A DNA stretch of 64,000 nt from the NCBI GenBank assembly GCA_051872655.1, contig JBJEEB010000041.1, positions 2,656-66,655 of the forward strand. Reading direction: 5' to 3'. Positions 8,697 to 19,142 of the stretch are shown piece after piece. The notes beneath the pieces are model-generated. The model had not been told where the DNA came from. It worked only from the letters and a program-made list of their open reading frames with translations, and searched no databases. Source of the DNA: Bacilli bacterium (GTDB lineage Bacteria; Bacillota_I; Bacilli_A; RF39; UBA660). How positions within the stretch are numbered: the stretch's first letter is position 1; the number at the start of each line of letters is the position of its first letter. Made by a program: the position numbers and the translations under genes.

Positions 8697-10472
8697 TTAT
8701 TTTATATTATCATATCTATAAATCATTGTAATTACTTGTTCCCTAGTACAACTATCATTAGGATAAAAAGTATTATCGCTAATTATACCTTTACTATAAG
8801 CCCAGTTAATAGCATCATAATAAAATGAATCTGTAGAAACATCAGTAAACACATTATTTGTATTTGTTTCAGGTTTTCCTGCATATCTCCATAGAACTGT
8901 AATAAATTGTGCTCTAGTTATATAAGAATTAGGGCTAAATATTGTCTTTGAGACTCCATTAATTATATTATTATCAACACCCCATTTTACTGCCCCAACA
9001 TACCAAGAAGAATTATCAATATCATTGAATCCAGTGTTTATATTAGATAATTTTGAATTACTACTATTCAGTAGTGAACCAACTAATACATCACCAGGTC
9101 TTCCCGCATATCTCCATAAAAGAGTTATAGCTTCAGCCCTACTAGCAAAGCCACCTACTCCAAATCTATTTTTATCAACACCATAAGTAATACCATTAAT
9201 ATATCCCCATTTTACAGCAGAATAAAAATAATCAGAGTTTTTAATATCATCAAATATATAATCTGTTTGGAAATTCACAATATTTGTTCTTCTAGTTTGA
9301 TCATCAAAATAAATATCAAATTTAGTATAATTTTCTGGAGTACCATCATTACTATTATCATCAATAGTGGTAAAACAATTTATATATGATACATCATTAG
9401 CCCTCAAGCCACCAAAATTATACAAATTTCCGCTAGCACTACTATTTACTACAGAAAATCCTTTAGATTTATTAGCAGTATAATACTTACTAAAACGTCC
9501 TTGATGTTCAAAAAAGAAACCAAACTTTGTATTACCAATCGACTTGCAATTTTCAATATACATAGATTCATCATTACTATACCCAGTTCCAATGCCAAAT
9601 CCAGAAGCTCCTTCACTAGAGGAACTAGCATTTTTTCCACAGTTAATAGCAGTACTATTAGTAATTTTACCATTAATTACATTATCCATACCAAATCCAG
9701 TTCCATCAGTATTCTTTACAACAACATTATCCCAATAGCAATTTCGACATAAATTAATCATAAATCCCTTACCAGAAGAATTATAACTATTTCCTCTAAC
9801 ATTTTCACCATCTATAATAAAATCATTAAAACTAACATTTTCTAAATAAATAGCATTAGTACCACCAGAATCCATCAGTTCATTCCAATAAAACATATCT
9901 AAACCATACTTAATAGTCCCAGCTTCAGCATAAGGCTTTAAAATAGTATAACTATCATCTGAAGTACCTGCTCCAGTAATAATAACACCATTTTTTGGCT
10001 TAATTACATAATCTTCAGTACCTCTTTTTGCAGAACCTCCCCTATAAAAATAATATACACCTTTAGGTATTTGAATATTTTGATTATATGAAGCATTGTC
10101 TATTAAATATTGTAGAGTTGCAGTATTATGCTTCATAGCGGTTCTTTCTTCTTCAGTAACATTATCATCTTCAAGAAAATCACCATCAATTAAATAATTA
10201 TAATTACCATTAATAGTAATATTACCATTACTACTACTATTGTTATTATTATTATATTCATTACCATTTTCAATATTATTATCAACAATATCTTCATCTA
10301 TACTCTTTTTTTCTACATAAAGAGTAGTAGAATCTAAATGATTATTTTCAAAATCAAGATTATCACTAATAGACTTCTTATGTCTCACATAAAAAAATAA
10401 AACAAGAAAAAACATTAAAACTAAAAGCACACTAATTATTATTAAAATTCTTTTTTTACCACCATTTTCCAT
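8697..10472 (-). CDS. Cell-wall-anchored surface protein: signal/TM, Asn-rich linker, right-handed parallel beta-helix domain, three C-terminal SLH domains
   Basis: Beta-helix repeats (NVVVKNTDGTGFGMDNVINGKITNSTAINCGKNASSSSEGASGFGIGTGYSNDESMYIENCKSIGN). Three SLH-like repeats at the C-terminus (FYSAVKWGYINGITYGVD..RAEAITLLWRYAG; WYVGAVKWGVDNNIINGVS..RAQFITVLWRYAG; FYYDAINWAYSKGIISDNTFYPNDSCTREQVITMIYRY). Confidence 0.7.
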   Translation of the reverse strand: MENGGKKRILIIISVLLVLMFFLVLFFYVRHKKSISDNLDFENNHLDSTTLYVEKKSIDEDIVDNNIENGNEYNNNNNSSSNGNITINGNYNYLIDGDFLEDDNVTEEERTAMKHNTATLQYLIDNASYNQNIQIPKGVYYFYRGGSAKRGTEDYVIKPKNGVIITGAGTSDDSYTILKPYAEAGTIKYGLDMFYWNELMDSGGTNAIYLENVSFNDFIIDGENVRGNSYNSSGKGFMINLCRNCYWDNVVVKNTDGTGFGMDNVINGKITNSTAINCGKNASSSSEGASGFGIGTGYSNDESMYIENCKSIGNTKFGFFFEHQGRFSKYYTANKSKGFSVVNSSASGNLYNFGGLRANDVSYINCFTTIDDNSNDGTPENYTKFDIYFDDQTRRTNIVNFQTDYIFDDIKNSDYFYSAVKWGYINGITYGVDKNRFGVGGFASRAEAITLLWRYAGRPGDVLVGSLLNSSNSKLSNINTGFNDIDNSSWYVGAVKWGVDNNIINGVSKTIFSPNSYITRAQFITVLWRYAGKPETNTNNVFTDVSTDSFYYDAINWAYSKGIISDNTFYPNDSCTREQVITMIYRYDNIK

Positions 10473-10738
10473 AATTATTTTCTCCTTATAAATAACATTT
10501 TAATTTATATACAATTTGATATTTTACTCATACGATACAAATATATCACATTCCTATTAAAAAAGTCAATTACTTTTATCAGACCTATAAAACTTAATTT
10601 TTCTTTCTGCAAAAAGATATTACAGATTACTCATATATCTTTTTCAATAGTAAAGTGTTGCACTTCAAATTTATATTAATGACTAAAAAAATTGTTTGCA
10701 ATTTTTACTTAGGAATTAAAAAAACTTTTCTTATAAAT

Positions 10739-10768
10739 AAAAAATAGTTAAAAAACTATTTTAAAAAT
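10739..10768 (-). terminator. Rho-independent terminator of trxA
   Basis: aaaatagtt / aactatttt inverted repeat overlapping the trxA stop. It is followed on the minus-strand transcript by a U-run. Confidence 0.5.
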
Positions 10769-11049
10769 TCTATAAACTCATCTTTTGACATAAAACCAGT
10801 AAATCTCTTTACTTCATTACCATTTTCAAATAAAATAACTGTAGGTATAGACATAACCCCATATTCTCTAGCAATATCCGAATACTTATCAACATCCAAC
10901 TTTACAAAGTTAAAATCTTTATCCTTAGAAACTTCTTCAAAAACCGGTCCAAACATTCTACAAGGACCACACCAAGTAGCATAAAAATCTACTACCACTC
11001 TATCCTTAATTAAAGTAGAAAAGTCATTTTCATAATGAATTAAACCCAT
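10756..11049 (-). CDS. trxA: Thioredoxin
   Basis: 97 aa, WCGPC active site (FYATWCGPCRM), thioredoxin fold length. Confidence 0.9.
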   Translation of the reverse strand: MGLIHYENDFSTLIKDRVVVDFYATWCGPCRMFGPVFEEVSKDKDFNFVKLDVDKYSDIAREYGVMSIPTVILFENGNEVKRFTGFMSKDEFIEFLK

Positions 11050-11059
11050 AATATTCCTC

Positions 11060-11755
11060 CTAATCTAATATACTTTTATCATTCAAATGAATTTTATTTC
11101 TATCAACTAACTTATTTAATGACTCTTTAGTAATAACTTTTTTATCAAGTAATAATTTAATTACTTCATCATTTAATTCTTCATTACTCTTACTATCTTT
11201 ATCCTTTACTACTTTATATATATCATTATAAGTATCAACCATTTCTTCCGAAACACTAGATAATATTGGTGTATTATGTAGTATAAAATTACTAACCTTA
11301 GAATCTCTTACATAAGGTACATTTATAATTGGAAGAGTAATAACAACTAAAACCAAGAAGACATAAACATACATTTCAATAGCACCAACAACAATTCCTA
11401 ATATTTTTGAAGGAATACTAAGTATAACAGTAACTTTAAGTATTTTTTCTATTAATCCAGTAAGCATAAGAACAATTTTAAGAATTAACATTAATAATGA
11501 AAATACAATAATAAAAGCCAAAACTTCATAAAATAAAATATTAATTGCTTCAATTCCTTTTATAAAACCTCCAAAATTAATAAAAGGTAAATTTTCATAC
11601 ATTATAACTGATAAATAATTTTTTAAGTAAAAAGATAGAATAATAACCAAAAATATACCAACAAAGTCAGCAGTTTTCTTTATTACTCCTGCTTTAAATC
11701 CACCTATTGCACCAAGAACTAATGCTATTACTATTATTATATCCGCAACATTCAT
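11060..11755 (-). CDS. cvpA: CvpA-family membrane protein (colicin V production protein-like)
   Basis: MNVADIIIVIALVLGAIGGFKAGVIKKTADFVGIFLVIILSFYL is a typical CvpA N-terminus; four TM helices. Confidence 0.7.
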   Translation of the reverse strand: MNVADIIIVIALVLGAIGGFKAGVIKKTADFVGIFLVIILSFYLKNYLSVIMYENLPFINFGGFIKGIEAINILFYEVLAFIIVFSLLMLILKIVLMLTGLIEKILKVTVILSIPSKILGIVVGAIEMYVYVFLVLVVITLPIINVPYVRDSKVSNFILHNTPILSSVSEEMVDTYNDIYKVVKDKDSKSNEELNDEVIKLLLDKKVITKESLNKLVDRNKIHLNDKSILD

Positions 11756-11817
11756 AATTTATCCTCCTAATATTATTATATACTAGATTTAAAAAAAAGA
11801 AAAGAAAAAAGAGGCAT

Positions 11818-12561
11818 TTAAGCATCTTCATTAGAATTAGTTACCTTAAATATCAAAGTATTTTCTTCCCATAAATTTTCTTTGTAATGTATTTCAAATT
11901 CCTTCCATGTTTTATCAACTTCAAAAGCAACAAAACCTTTAGCCTTTTTACCAGGTGCTAAATCAGAAGATAAAGCCTCAATTCCATCAACATCATTAAA
12001 TAAAATTGTAATTGAAGTTTGTATATCATCAGCATAACCATTAAAATCATAATAGGAAATATATTTATTATCATCAGAAATATTTTCTACATCAAAGAAA
12101 AATAATAAATATTCTTTTCCTTCATCAGGCGTATCAACAATATATTCATCACCAATAGACTCATACATATATGCCCCATTCAAAGTAATTCTTATATCTT
12201 CTCCAGTTAAAGTATCACCAATAGTACCAGAAACTGAATATTCACCAGCATTTTCTTCTATATAATCATTAAAATCATCCTTAATTTTATCAATATCAAC
12301 ATCTTTTAAAGAATTATACCCTATAAAAAATAATATAGCTAGAATAATTAATGGTATTAAAACTACACATCCCACTACTATTAAAACTATTGCCCAAGTA
12401 GGTAATCCTTTCTTCTTACCACCATTATTAGTATTAGTATTAGTATTAGTATTAGAATTAAAATTTTCTTTTTTAACATTTCCTACCATAGTACCACATT
12501 TAACACACATTACAGCCTCATCAACCATTTCATTTCCGCAATTAGAACAAAATTTTGCCAT
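11818..12561 (-). CDS. Zinc-ribbon membrane protein with an extracellular Ig-like (DUF4352-type) domain
   Basis: N-terminal CxxC...CxxC ribbon (MAKFCSNCGNEMVDEAVMCVKCG), (NT)n low-complexity linker, one TM, then a C-terminal beta domain (LLFFFDVENISDD...KAKGFVAFEVDK). Confidence 0.55.
   Translation of the reverse strand: MAKFCSNCGNEMVDEAVMCVKCGTMVGNVKKENFNSNTNTNTNTNNGGKKKGLPTWAIVLIVVGCVVLIPLIILAILFFIGYNSLKDVDIDKIKDDFNDYIEENAGEYSVSGTIGDTLTGEDIRITLNGAYMYESIGDEYIVDTPDEGKEYLLFFFDVENISDDNKYISYYDFNGYADDIQTSITILFNDVDGIEALSSDLAPGKKAKGFVAFEVDKTWKEFEIHYKENLWEENTLIFKVTNSNEDA
12426..12455. repeat. Hexanucleotide microsatellite (TATTAG)x5 inside the coding sequence; it encodes the (NT)n run
   Basis: Five perfect tandem copies of tattag read directly at 12426-12455. 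The unit length is a multiple of 3, so slippage would stay in frame. Confidence 0.8.
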
Positions 12562-12619
12562 TTTATCACTCCTCTCTATAATAATTATATACTAGAATAA
12601 AAGAAAAAGAAAGTATTTT

Positions 12620-15181
12620 TTAAATATTTTCTTCTCTTATTTGTTCAATAATATTATGTTTTTTTATCTTATTAGTAGAATACATCATAGTAATTAGAAC
12701 AATTATAAATACCGAAACAATTGATATAATAATAGCTTTCCAAGGAATAATAATACTACTAATACTCATCACATCAGATAAAGCAAGATGTATAAGGACT
12801 GTTACTCCTATACCTACAGGAATAGCAAATACTAATGACTTAAAACCAAAGAATAAACTTTCAAAAAATAATATCTTATTAAATCCTCTTTTAGTAAGAC
12901 CAATACTTCTAAGTACTGCAAACTCCCTTTTTCTAAGAGCCATACTCGTAGATATAGTATTAAATACAGAAGTAACACCTATCAAAGTAATTAGTCCAAT
13001 AAAACCATACATAAGAATTTTAATAACCAATATTAAATTATTAGTTTGCTTAAATTCTTCTTTCAAATTAGTATAATTAACATTTTCATATTTATCAAAA
13101 TCTTTAGTTAAATTATCAATACTACTTGTATTATCACTAACAATATTAATTACGCTATAGTCAATTTTATTATTAAATATAACATCATACATCTTTTTAT
13201 TGACAATTAATTTATAATTACTATTATAAGAAAGTTCTTCTAATAAATCATAAGACTTATCAGTAACAAAAATATTATTAATATTTTTACTACAATATTT
13301 ATTATAATTATCATTTATTTCTTTTTCATCAAGACCATTAAAATTACATATCTTAATATTACCAGAATCCCTATTATCAATAAAAGGAATATTATAATTA
13401 ACTCTTTTATTATCACTATAACTAACACCCTTAAATTTATTAAATATTATAACTTTATCACTAGTAAGTCCAATACTTTGTTTAAAATTTTGATAAGAAT
13501 TATCATCAAGAACAAAAACTTCTGCATAAGCATATTGTTTATTTTTTAATTCTTTTAAAGCGTCAATACCATAATTATTCTCATAAAACTCTAAATACTC
13601 TTTCGAATAATCATAATTACTTATAATATTCACATTAGAAACATCATACCTAACATAATTCTTAACATCAGAACTAGATACAATTTCATCTAATTTATTA
13701 TTTATTTCTGTACTATCAGTACCATTATCATAATAATAAATTTGATAGTCATAAGGTATTTCTCCTATAACATCAGATGCAGTATTAATAGTATAATTCA
13801 TATATGAAGAAAAAGAGATAAATAAAACAATACTAATAAATAAACTAATAACAGTAACTCTATATTTCTTTTTATTTCTCTTAATATTCTTAAGAGCAAT
13901 TTCTCCTTCTATTCCAAATAACTTAGTAATAATCTTACTTGTCTTAATCTTTTTCTTATTAATTTTAATATCATCATTCTGTCTAATAGCTTCAATTGGT
14001 GACACCTTACTAGCTCTTCTAGAAGGAATAATTGAAGAAATAATTATAACAACAATCATAAATATAATAGGAATAATAACAAACAATAAATTAGTAACAA
14101 GATCTAATCTAAATTCTAAAATATCACTAATTAAATTATTAATAATAAGAATAACAATTCCTATTCCAATATAAGCACTAAATATTCCAAGAATAATACC
14201 AATAGTACCAACAACCAATGCCTCAAAAAACACAGTATAAGATAATTGTCTTCTAGTAGCACCAATACTAGATAGTAATCCAAATTCCTTTTTTCTTTCC
14301 ATTACTGAAATAGCAAAAGAATTATATATAACAATCGTGCATCCAATAGATACCAAAGATAACATAATAACAATCATCATAATCATAGAGGACATAATAT
14401 TACCATAAGTACTCTCACCATACAAAGCTAATAAAGTAGAATTATAATCAATAGAATCATTATAATCAATATCTTTAGCTAACTTTTCAGATTGTTTAAT
14501 AATTTTTCTATTACTATCAAAAACAACATATAAATTTACATTACCATCATTTTCATTCATATCTAAAGTAAAAGCACTATATCCACAAGCTGAGTAATTT
14601 TCATAATTACTTCTCTTAACTATACCAACAATTTTATACTCTTTTTTATTTAAATAATTTAAATATTCACCTTCAACATACTGACTATTATCAAGAACAA
14701 TATCTCCTTCTATCACCCTTTCTCCATAAGAAAGAGTAATATTGTCACCAACCTTATATGAAGCACCACCATTAGTATTAATATGTTCAGAAATAATTAT
14801 TTCATCATCATTATTTGGAAATCTACCATCAATTAATTTAAGTTCATTAAAAAATTCCTTATTAACACCTGCAATATAAATATAAGGTTTATACTCATTT
14901 TTAGATTCAAATTTACTAAAACCTATAGTTTTTTCATAAAAATATACAAATTTCTTAACTTTCAAATTACTTACTTTAGACAAATCTGCATTTTCATAAT
15001 TAGCTTCATATCTACCATTATAACTAATAGTTTCCCTAATCATATAATCCTGAAAAGAAGAAAACAATAGTCCAATACCTACCATTAAAGCAGTAGATAA
15101 AATAATACCAATAATAGTAACAATAGTTCTCTTTTTGTTAAGTTTCAAGTTCTTAATAGTTAACTTATTCAAAATACTCAT
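12620..15181 (-). CDS. ABC transporter permease with two FtsX domains (MacB/YtrF-like), 853 aa
   Basis: N-terminal MacB-type start (LTIKNLKLNKKRTIVTIIGIILSTALMV), two 4-TM FtsX modules, each with large extracytoplasmic domains (second module LAVLRSIGLTKRGF...). 4-nt overlap with the upstream ATPase gene. Confidence 0.8.
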   Translation of the reverse strand: MSILNKLTIKNLKLNKKRTIVTIIGIILSTALMVGIGLLFSSFQDYMIRETISYNGRYEANYENADLSKVSNLKVKKFVYFYEKTIGFSKFESKNEYKPYIYIAGVNKEFFNELKLIDGRFPNNDDEIIISEHINTNGGASYKVGDNITLSYGERVIEGDIVLDNSQYVEGEYLNYLNKKEYKIVGIVKRSNYENYSACGYSAFTLDMNENDGNVNLYVVFDSNRKIIKQSEKLAKDIDYNDSIDYNSTLLALYGESTYGNIMSSMIMMIVIMLSLVSIGCTIVIYNSFAISVMERKKEFGLLSSIGATRRQLSYTVFFEALVVGTIGIILGIFSAYIGIGIVILIINNLISDILEFRLDLVTNLLFVIIPIIFMIVVIIISSIIPSRRASKVSPIEAIRQNDDIKINKKKIKTSKIITKLFGIEGEIALKNIKRNKKKYRVTVISLFISIVLFISFSSYMNYTINTASDVIGEIPYDYQIYYYDNGTDSTEINNKLDEIVSSSDVKNYVRYDVSNVNIISNYDYSKEYLEFYENNYGIDALKELKNKQYAYAEVFVLDDNSYQNFKQSIGLTSDKVIIFNKFKGVSYSDNKRVNYNIPFIDNRDSGNIKICNFNGLDEKEINDNYNKYCSKNINNIFVTDKSYDLLEELSYNSNYKLIVNKKMYDVIFNNKIDYSVINIVSDNTSSIDNLTKDFDKYENVNYTNLKEEFKQTNNLILVIKILMYGFIGLITLIGVTSVFNTISTSMALRKREFAVLRSIGLTKRGFNKILFFESLFFGFKSLVFAIPVGIGVTVLIHLALSDVMSISSIIIPWKAIIISIVSVFIIVLITMMYSTNKIKKHNIIEQIREENI

Positions 15182-15858
15182 TTTATCTTCTCGTCCTTAA
15201 CAATATGACCATCTTCTAAAGTAATAATCCTATTAGCAAATTTAGCAAGATTCATATCATGTGTAATCATAATAATAGTCTGTTTATATTTTTCATTAGA
15301 AAGTTTAAGTAAATCAATAATTTCTCTACTAGCTTTAGAATCTAAGTTACCAGTAGGTTCATCCGCCAATATAATATCAGGTCTAGAAATAAGAGCTCTC
15401 CCTATAGAAACTCTCTGTTGTTGTCCACCAGAAAGCTCATTAGGTAAATGATTAACCCTTTTTTCTAATCCTAATATATCAATAAGTTCATTCAAATATT
15501 TCTTATCAACACTTTTACCATCCAATAATATTGGTAAAGTCATATTTTCTTCAACATTAAGAATAGGAATTAAATTATAAAATTGATAAATAAGACCAAC
15601 CTTTCTTCTTCTAAATACTGCAAGAGCATCATCCTTTTGTTTAAAAACATCTACTCCACCAACAATAACCTTTCCACTAGTAGGTTTATCAACTGCTCCA
15701 AGAATATGAAGTAAAGTACTCTTTCCACTACCTGATGAACCTACTATTGCAACAAAATCTCCCTCTTCAACAGAAAAAGAAACATTATCAAGAGCTTTAA
15801 CCAAAGTAGTACCCTTTCCATAATTCTTACATAAATCATTAACTTCTAATATTTTCAT
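15178..15858 (-). CDS. ABC transporter ATP-binding protein (MacB/LolD-type)
   Basis: Walker A GSSGSGKST, Q-loop, signature LSGGQQQRVSIGRAL, Walker B IILADEPTGNLD, H-loop ITHD. Confidence 0.85.
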   Translation of the reverse strand: MKILEVNDLCKNYGKGTTLVKALDNVSFSVEEGDFVAIVGSSGSGKSTLLHILGAVDKPTSGKVIVGGVDVFKQKDDALAVFRRRKVGLIYQFYNLIPILNVEENMTLPILLDGKSVDKKYLNELIDILGLEKRVNHLPNELSGGQQQRVSIGRALISRPDIILADEPTGNLDSKASREIIDLLKLSNEKYKQTIIMITHDMNLAKFANRIITLEDGHIVKDEKIK

Positions 15859-16220
15859 TTTTTTATCCTTTCTATAATTTCTTCGTAACTAATACCCATC
15901 TTAGTAAGATTAATAATTTTTTCCTTAATAATATTAATTTCCTTATCAATCTTATCATTAGTAGCTTTCTTAGTATCATCTGCTATAAAAGTACCTTTAG
16001 TACTAATAGTAGTAATAATACCCTTATTTTCCAATATATCATAACTCTTCTTAACAGTATTAGGATTAATTCCTAAATTACTAGCCATCTCTCTAATAGA
16101 AGGAATTTGAGTTTTTTCCTTTAATATACCCAAAGCAACATAATTTTCAATACCATTAACAATCTGCTCATATATTGGAATTCTACTTTGATAATCCAAA
16201 TTAATCATTATCTGTTTCAT
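15855..16220 (-). CDS. GntR-family transcriptional regulator (YtrA subfamily, short C-terminal domain)
   Basis: 121 aa with a winged HTH (IPSIREMASNLGINPNTVKKSYDILENKGIITTISTKGTFIA). It is embedded between the two ABC systems, as ytrA is in B. subtilis. Confidence 0.75.
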   Translation of the reverse strand: MKQIMINLDYQSRIPIYEQIVNGIENYVALGILKEKTQIPSIREMASNLGINPNTVKKSYDILENKGIITTISTKGTFIADDTKKATNDKIDKEINIIKEKIINLTKMGISYEEIIERIKK

Positions 16221-16231
16221 TCACATTCCTC

Positions 16232-18163
16232 CTATGCATCTTCGGTATCTTTAATAATAGATTTATTAATAATTTCATTAATATCATTTACCTTATTAGT
16301 AACAAATACATGTTTACCTTTATCACTATGTAAAACTATATAACTATATTCTTTATTAATATCAATATCATCATCAACATTATTAATAATAAAACTATTA
16401 ATTTCAGAATAAGAGTATCCATAATAATTACCATTAATATAATAAGAATAAATATCGTCATCATTACTCATATTATCAAAAAATTTCTTAGTATTAGAAT
16501 TATAATATTTCAAAATATTTAAAGATAAATCCTTATCATCACTAACATTAATATCAATACTTCTAACTTTATAATCATTATAAATATATAAAGTTACATT
16601 AAATAAATCATTATCTTCATCAATATTAAAATTATTTACTTCCCCTTTATATTTATCAATAATCATTTTAGATAAATTATCATCATCTACTCCAATATAA
16701 CCATCCTTAAAACCAATTCCAAATACCTTACTATTTCTATATTCACTTGAAGTTTTCAAATAATCTTTATCATTTAAAAGTTTACCTGTAATATAATTAT
16801 AGTTTTCTAATGTAGCATAAATATTAAAGCGATAAGTACCACTTTTAGTATTAGTCTTAACATGATAAGTATAATATACATCACCTTGAGGACTACTATC
16901 TAACAAGAGAGAAATAACATAATTAATAATATCCTTATTTTTAGTAGAACCAATATTAGTATTATCATAATCCTCAAAAGTAAGCATTTCTATATCTTTA
17001 GAATCAATAATATAATCTTTATCATCAAAGAAATAACCTGTAAGTACTGCAAACACAAAAACAATAACTAAACAAAAAGCCATCTTAAAGAAATTAGTAA
17101 CTTTCTTTCTAGTAATTAAATCATAAATAATTAAATAAGTAAATATAAGTACTAATAAAAGAATAATTGAAAACAAATCATAACTAGATATATCAAAATC
17201 TCTAATTATTATATATGAAATACATACAATAGGAATTGTAGTTAAAGTTCTAACAAAAATATGTACATTATCACTTCTAAAAGAAGTACCAACAACCTCA
17301 TATTTCTTTTTACCAAAAAGAATAAGTCCTACAAATATATATATAATACTTAAAACCGACATTTTAATAAGAGAAACATTAATATTATCTTCCGATTCAA
17401 TGCCAAACATAGTATCTTTAATAAGTTCATAAGGCATAGTATAAGTAATATCATCTACTTTAGTAACATATCCACTATAAATATTATTTTTCTTATCAAT
17501 TTCACATCTAATATCATTACATTCATATATAGTTGGAGTACACTCATCACTAATACACTCAATTTTAGCATTACCACCTGCATTATAATCAAAACCATCA
17601 GTGGTAATAAAAGTACTAACAAAAGGAATTAAAAATAATATAAGTAAAGTAACCACAATTGTTGTAATTTTATTTGAAGATACACTAACTGCTATATTAG
17701 TACAAGTAAATACAAATATATAAGAAATAGAATATATAAGTAATATATCAAAAAACATTCTATAATCAATAATAATATTACTATATATTAAACTAATAGC
17801 AAACATAATAATAAAATTAATAAGTTGCATTAATAGTAATATAACAATACCTCCAACAGTATTAGTAAGAAATATTTGCTTTTTACTAATAGGCATTGAT
17901 AAAGTAAAATCAATAGATCCCTTTTTATAAACAAAACTAAATAAAGTAATAGAAAGAATGACAGGAACAATATACATTCCAAATAAAATAACACCAGATA
18001 ATTCATAAATATTAGGCATAAAATTATTATCAAGACTACAATTCATAAGTAAAATAATACCATTAATAATAGGTAATAAAAGAATACATAAAAGAATAAT
18101 AGCTTTAGATTTCTTAATATTTTCTTTCAAATAATTAAAATTAAACAAATTTGTTAAACTCAT
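16232..18163 (-). CDS. Polytopic membrane protein, putative ABC-2-type permease with a large C-terminal extracellular domain (643 aa)
   Basis: At least 8 predicted TM helices in residues 1-380, then a soluble Asn/Asp/Tyr-rich domain. It overlaps the upstream ABC ATPase by 23 nt (translational coupling). Confidence 0.5.
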   Translation of the reverse strand: MSLTNLFNFNYLKENIKKSKAIILLCILLLPIINGIILLMNCSLDNNFMPNIYELSGVILFGMYIVPVILSITLFSFVYKKGSIDFTLSMPISKKQIFLTNTVGGIVILLLMQLINFIIMFAISLIYSNIIIDYRMFFDILLIYSISYIFVFTCTNIAVSVSSNKITTIVVTLLILFLIPFVSTFITTDGFDYNAGGNAKIECISDECTPTIYECNDIRCEIDKKNNIYSGYVTKVDDITYTMPYELIKDTMFGIESEDNINVSLIKMSVLSIIYIFVGLILFGKKKYEVVGTSFRSDNVHIFVRTLTTIPIVCISYIIIRDFDISSYDLFSIILLLVLIFTYLIIYDLITRKKVTNFFKMAFCLVIVFVFAVLTGYFFDDKDYIIDSKDIEMLTFEDYDNTNIGSTKNKDIINYVISLLLDSSPQGDVYYTYHVKTNTKSGTYRFNIYATLENYNYITGKLLNDKDYLKTSSEYRNSKVFGIGFKDGYIGVDDDNLSKMIIDKYKGEVNNFNIDEDNDLFNVTLYIYNDYKVRSIDINVSDDKDLSLNILKYYNSNTKKFFDNMSNDDDIYSYYINGNYYGYSYSEINSFIINNVDDDIDINKEYSYIVLHSDKGKHVFVTNKVNDINEIINKSIIKDTEDA

Positions 18164-19058
18164 ATCCTAAAGCCTCCATTTCATAAATAAATACTTCTTC
18201 CAAAGTAAGAGAAAGATAATCAAGTATTAAAGGTTTCATTTTTTCTAACTTCTTCTTACTCTTACCATCACTATCCTTAATAATAATTGTAGCAACACTA
18301 CCCTGTTTTTTAAAACTCAAAATATCAAAATCATCAAAATCATCTCTATCAAAATTCTTTTCAAAAGATATTTGAACCTTAAACATATTAGTCTTTATTG
18401 TATCAACATCACTTTCAAATAAAATACCACCTTGATATAGTAGTCCTAAATTATCACAAATATCTTCAAGTTCTCTAAGATTATGACTTGTCATAACAAT
18501 AGTAGTATTCTTTTTATTCATCTGCTTAATTAAAATTTTTTTCATAGTATTTCTAATAACCGGATCTAATCCATCAAAAGTCTCATCAAAAAACATATAA
18601 TCAGCATTAGTACAAATAGCACATATAAGTGCACATTGTCTCTTCATACCCTTAGAAAAAGTACTAACTTTTTTATTAAGACTAAGATTAAGCATACCCG
18701 CTAAATCCTTAAGATAACCCATATCAAAATCCTTATACATAGATTGATAATATTTAGCAGTATCCATTAAAGTATAGCCAGGATAAAAAAACAAATCATC
18801 TGCTACAAAAACCATTTTTTGTTTCATAATTTCATTATCATATACTTCATTACCATCAACAGATATAGTACCACCATCAGTTTCATATATTCCCATAATA
18901 GTTCTAAGAAGTGTACTTTTACCTGAACCATTAGCTCCTACTAACCCATAAATAGAATTATCTTTAATATTACAGCTAAGATCTTTTAGTACATAATCTT
19001 TATCATATTTTTTTGATAATTTATCTATTTTTATCATATAAACTCTCCCTTCATTCAA
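18141..19058 (-). CDS. ABC transporter ATP-binding protein
   Basis: Walker A GANGSGKST, signature-like FSKGMKRQCAL, Walker B MFFDETFDGLDP, H-loop TSHN. A possible alternative start is MIKIDKL at 19037. Confidence 0.8.
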   Translation of the reverse strand: MNEGRVYMIKIDKLSKKYDKDYVLKDLSCNIKDNSIYGLVGANGSGKSTLLRTIMGIYETDGGTISVDGNEVYDNEIMKQKMVFVADDLFFYPGYTLMDTAKYYQSMYKDFDMGYLKDLAGMLNLSLNKKVSTFSKGMKRQCALICAICTNADYMFFDETFDGLDPVIRNTMKKILIKQMNKKNTTIVMTSHNLRELEDICDNLGLLYQGGILFESDVDTIKTNMFKVQISFEKNFDRDDFDDFDILSFKKQGSVATIIIKDSDGKSKKKLEKMKPLILDYLSLTLEEVFIYEMEALGYEFNKFV

Positions 19059-19142
19059 ATATATGACTGTACTATTTGTGCTAGTACAAATAAATCATAC
19101 TACATAACAATTTATTTGTCAACAATTTAAATTAAATTTATA

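Noticed and set aside
9449-9752. Three short ORFs (9449..9673 -, 9501..9752 +, 9544..9738 +)
   Set aside because: They are embedded in the beta-helix region of the SLH protein gene, in other frames or on the other strand. They show no start context, so I treat them as spurious.
17830-18033. 67-aa minus-strand ORF
   Set aside because: It sits in another frame inside the 643-aa permease gene and is spurious.
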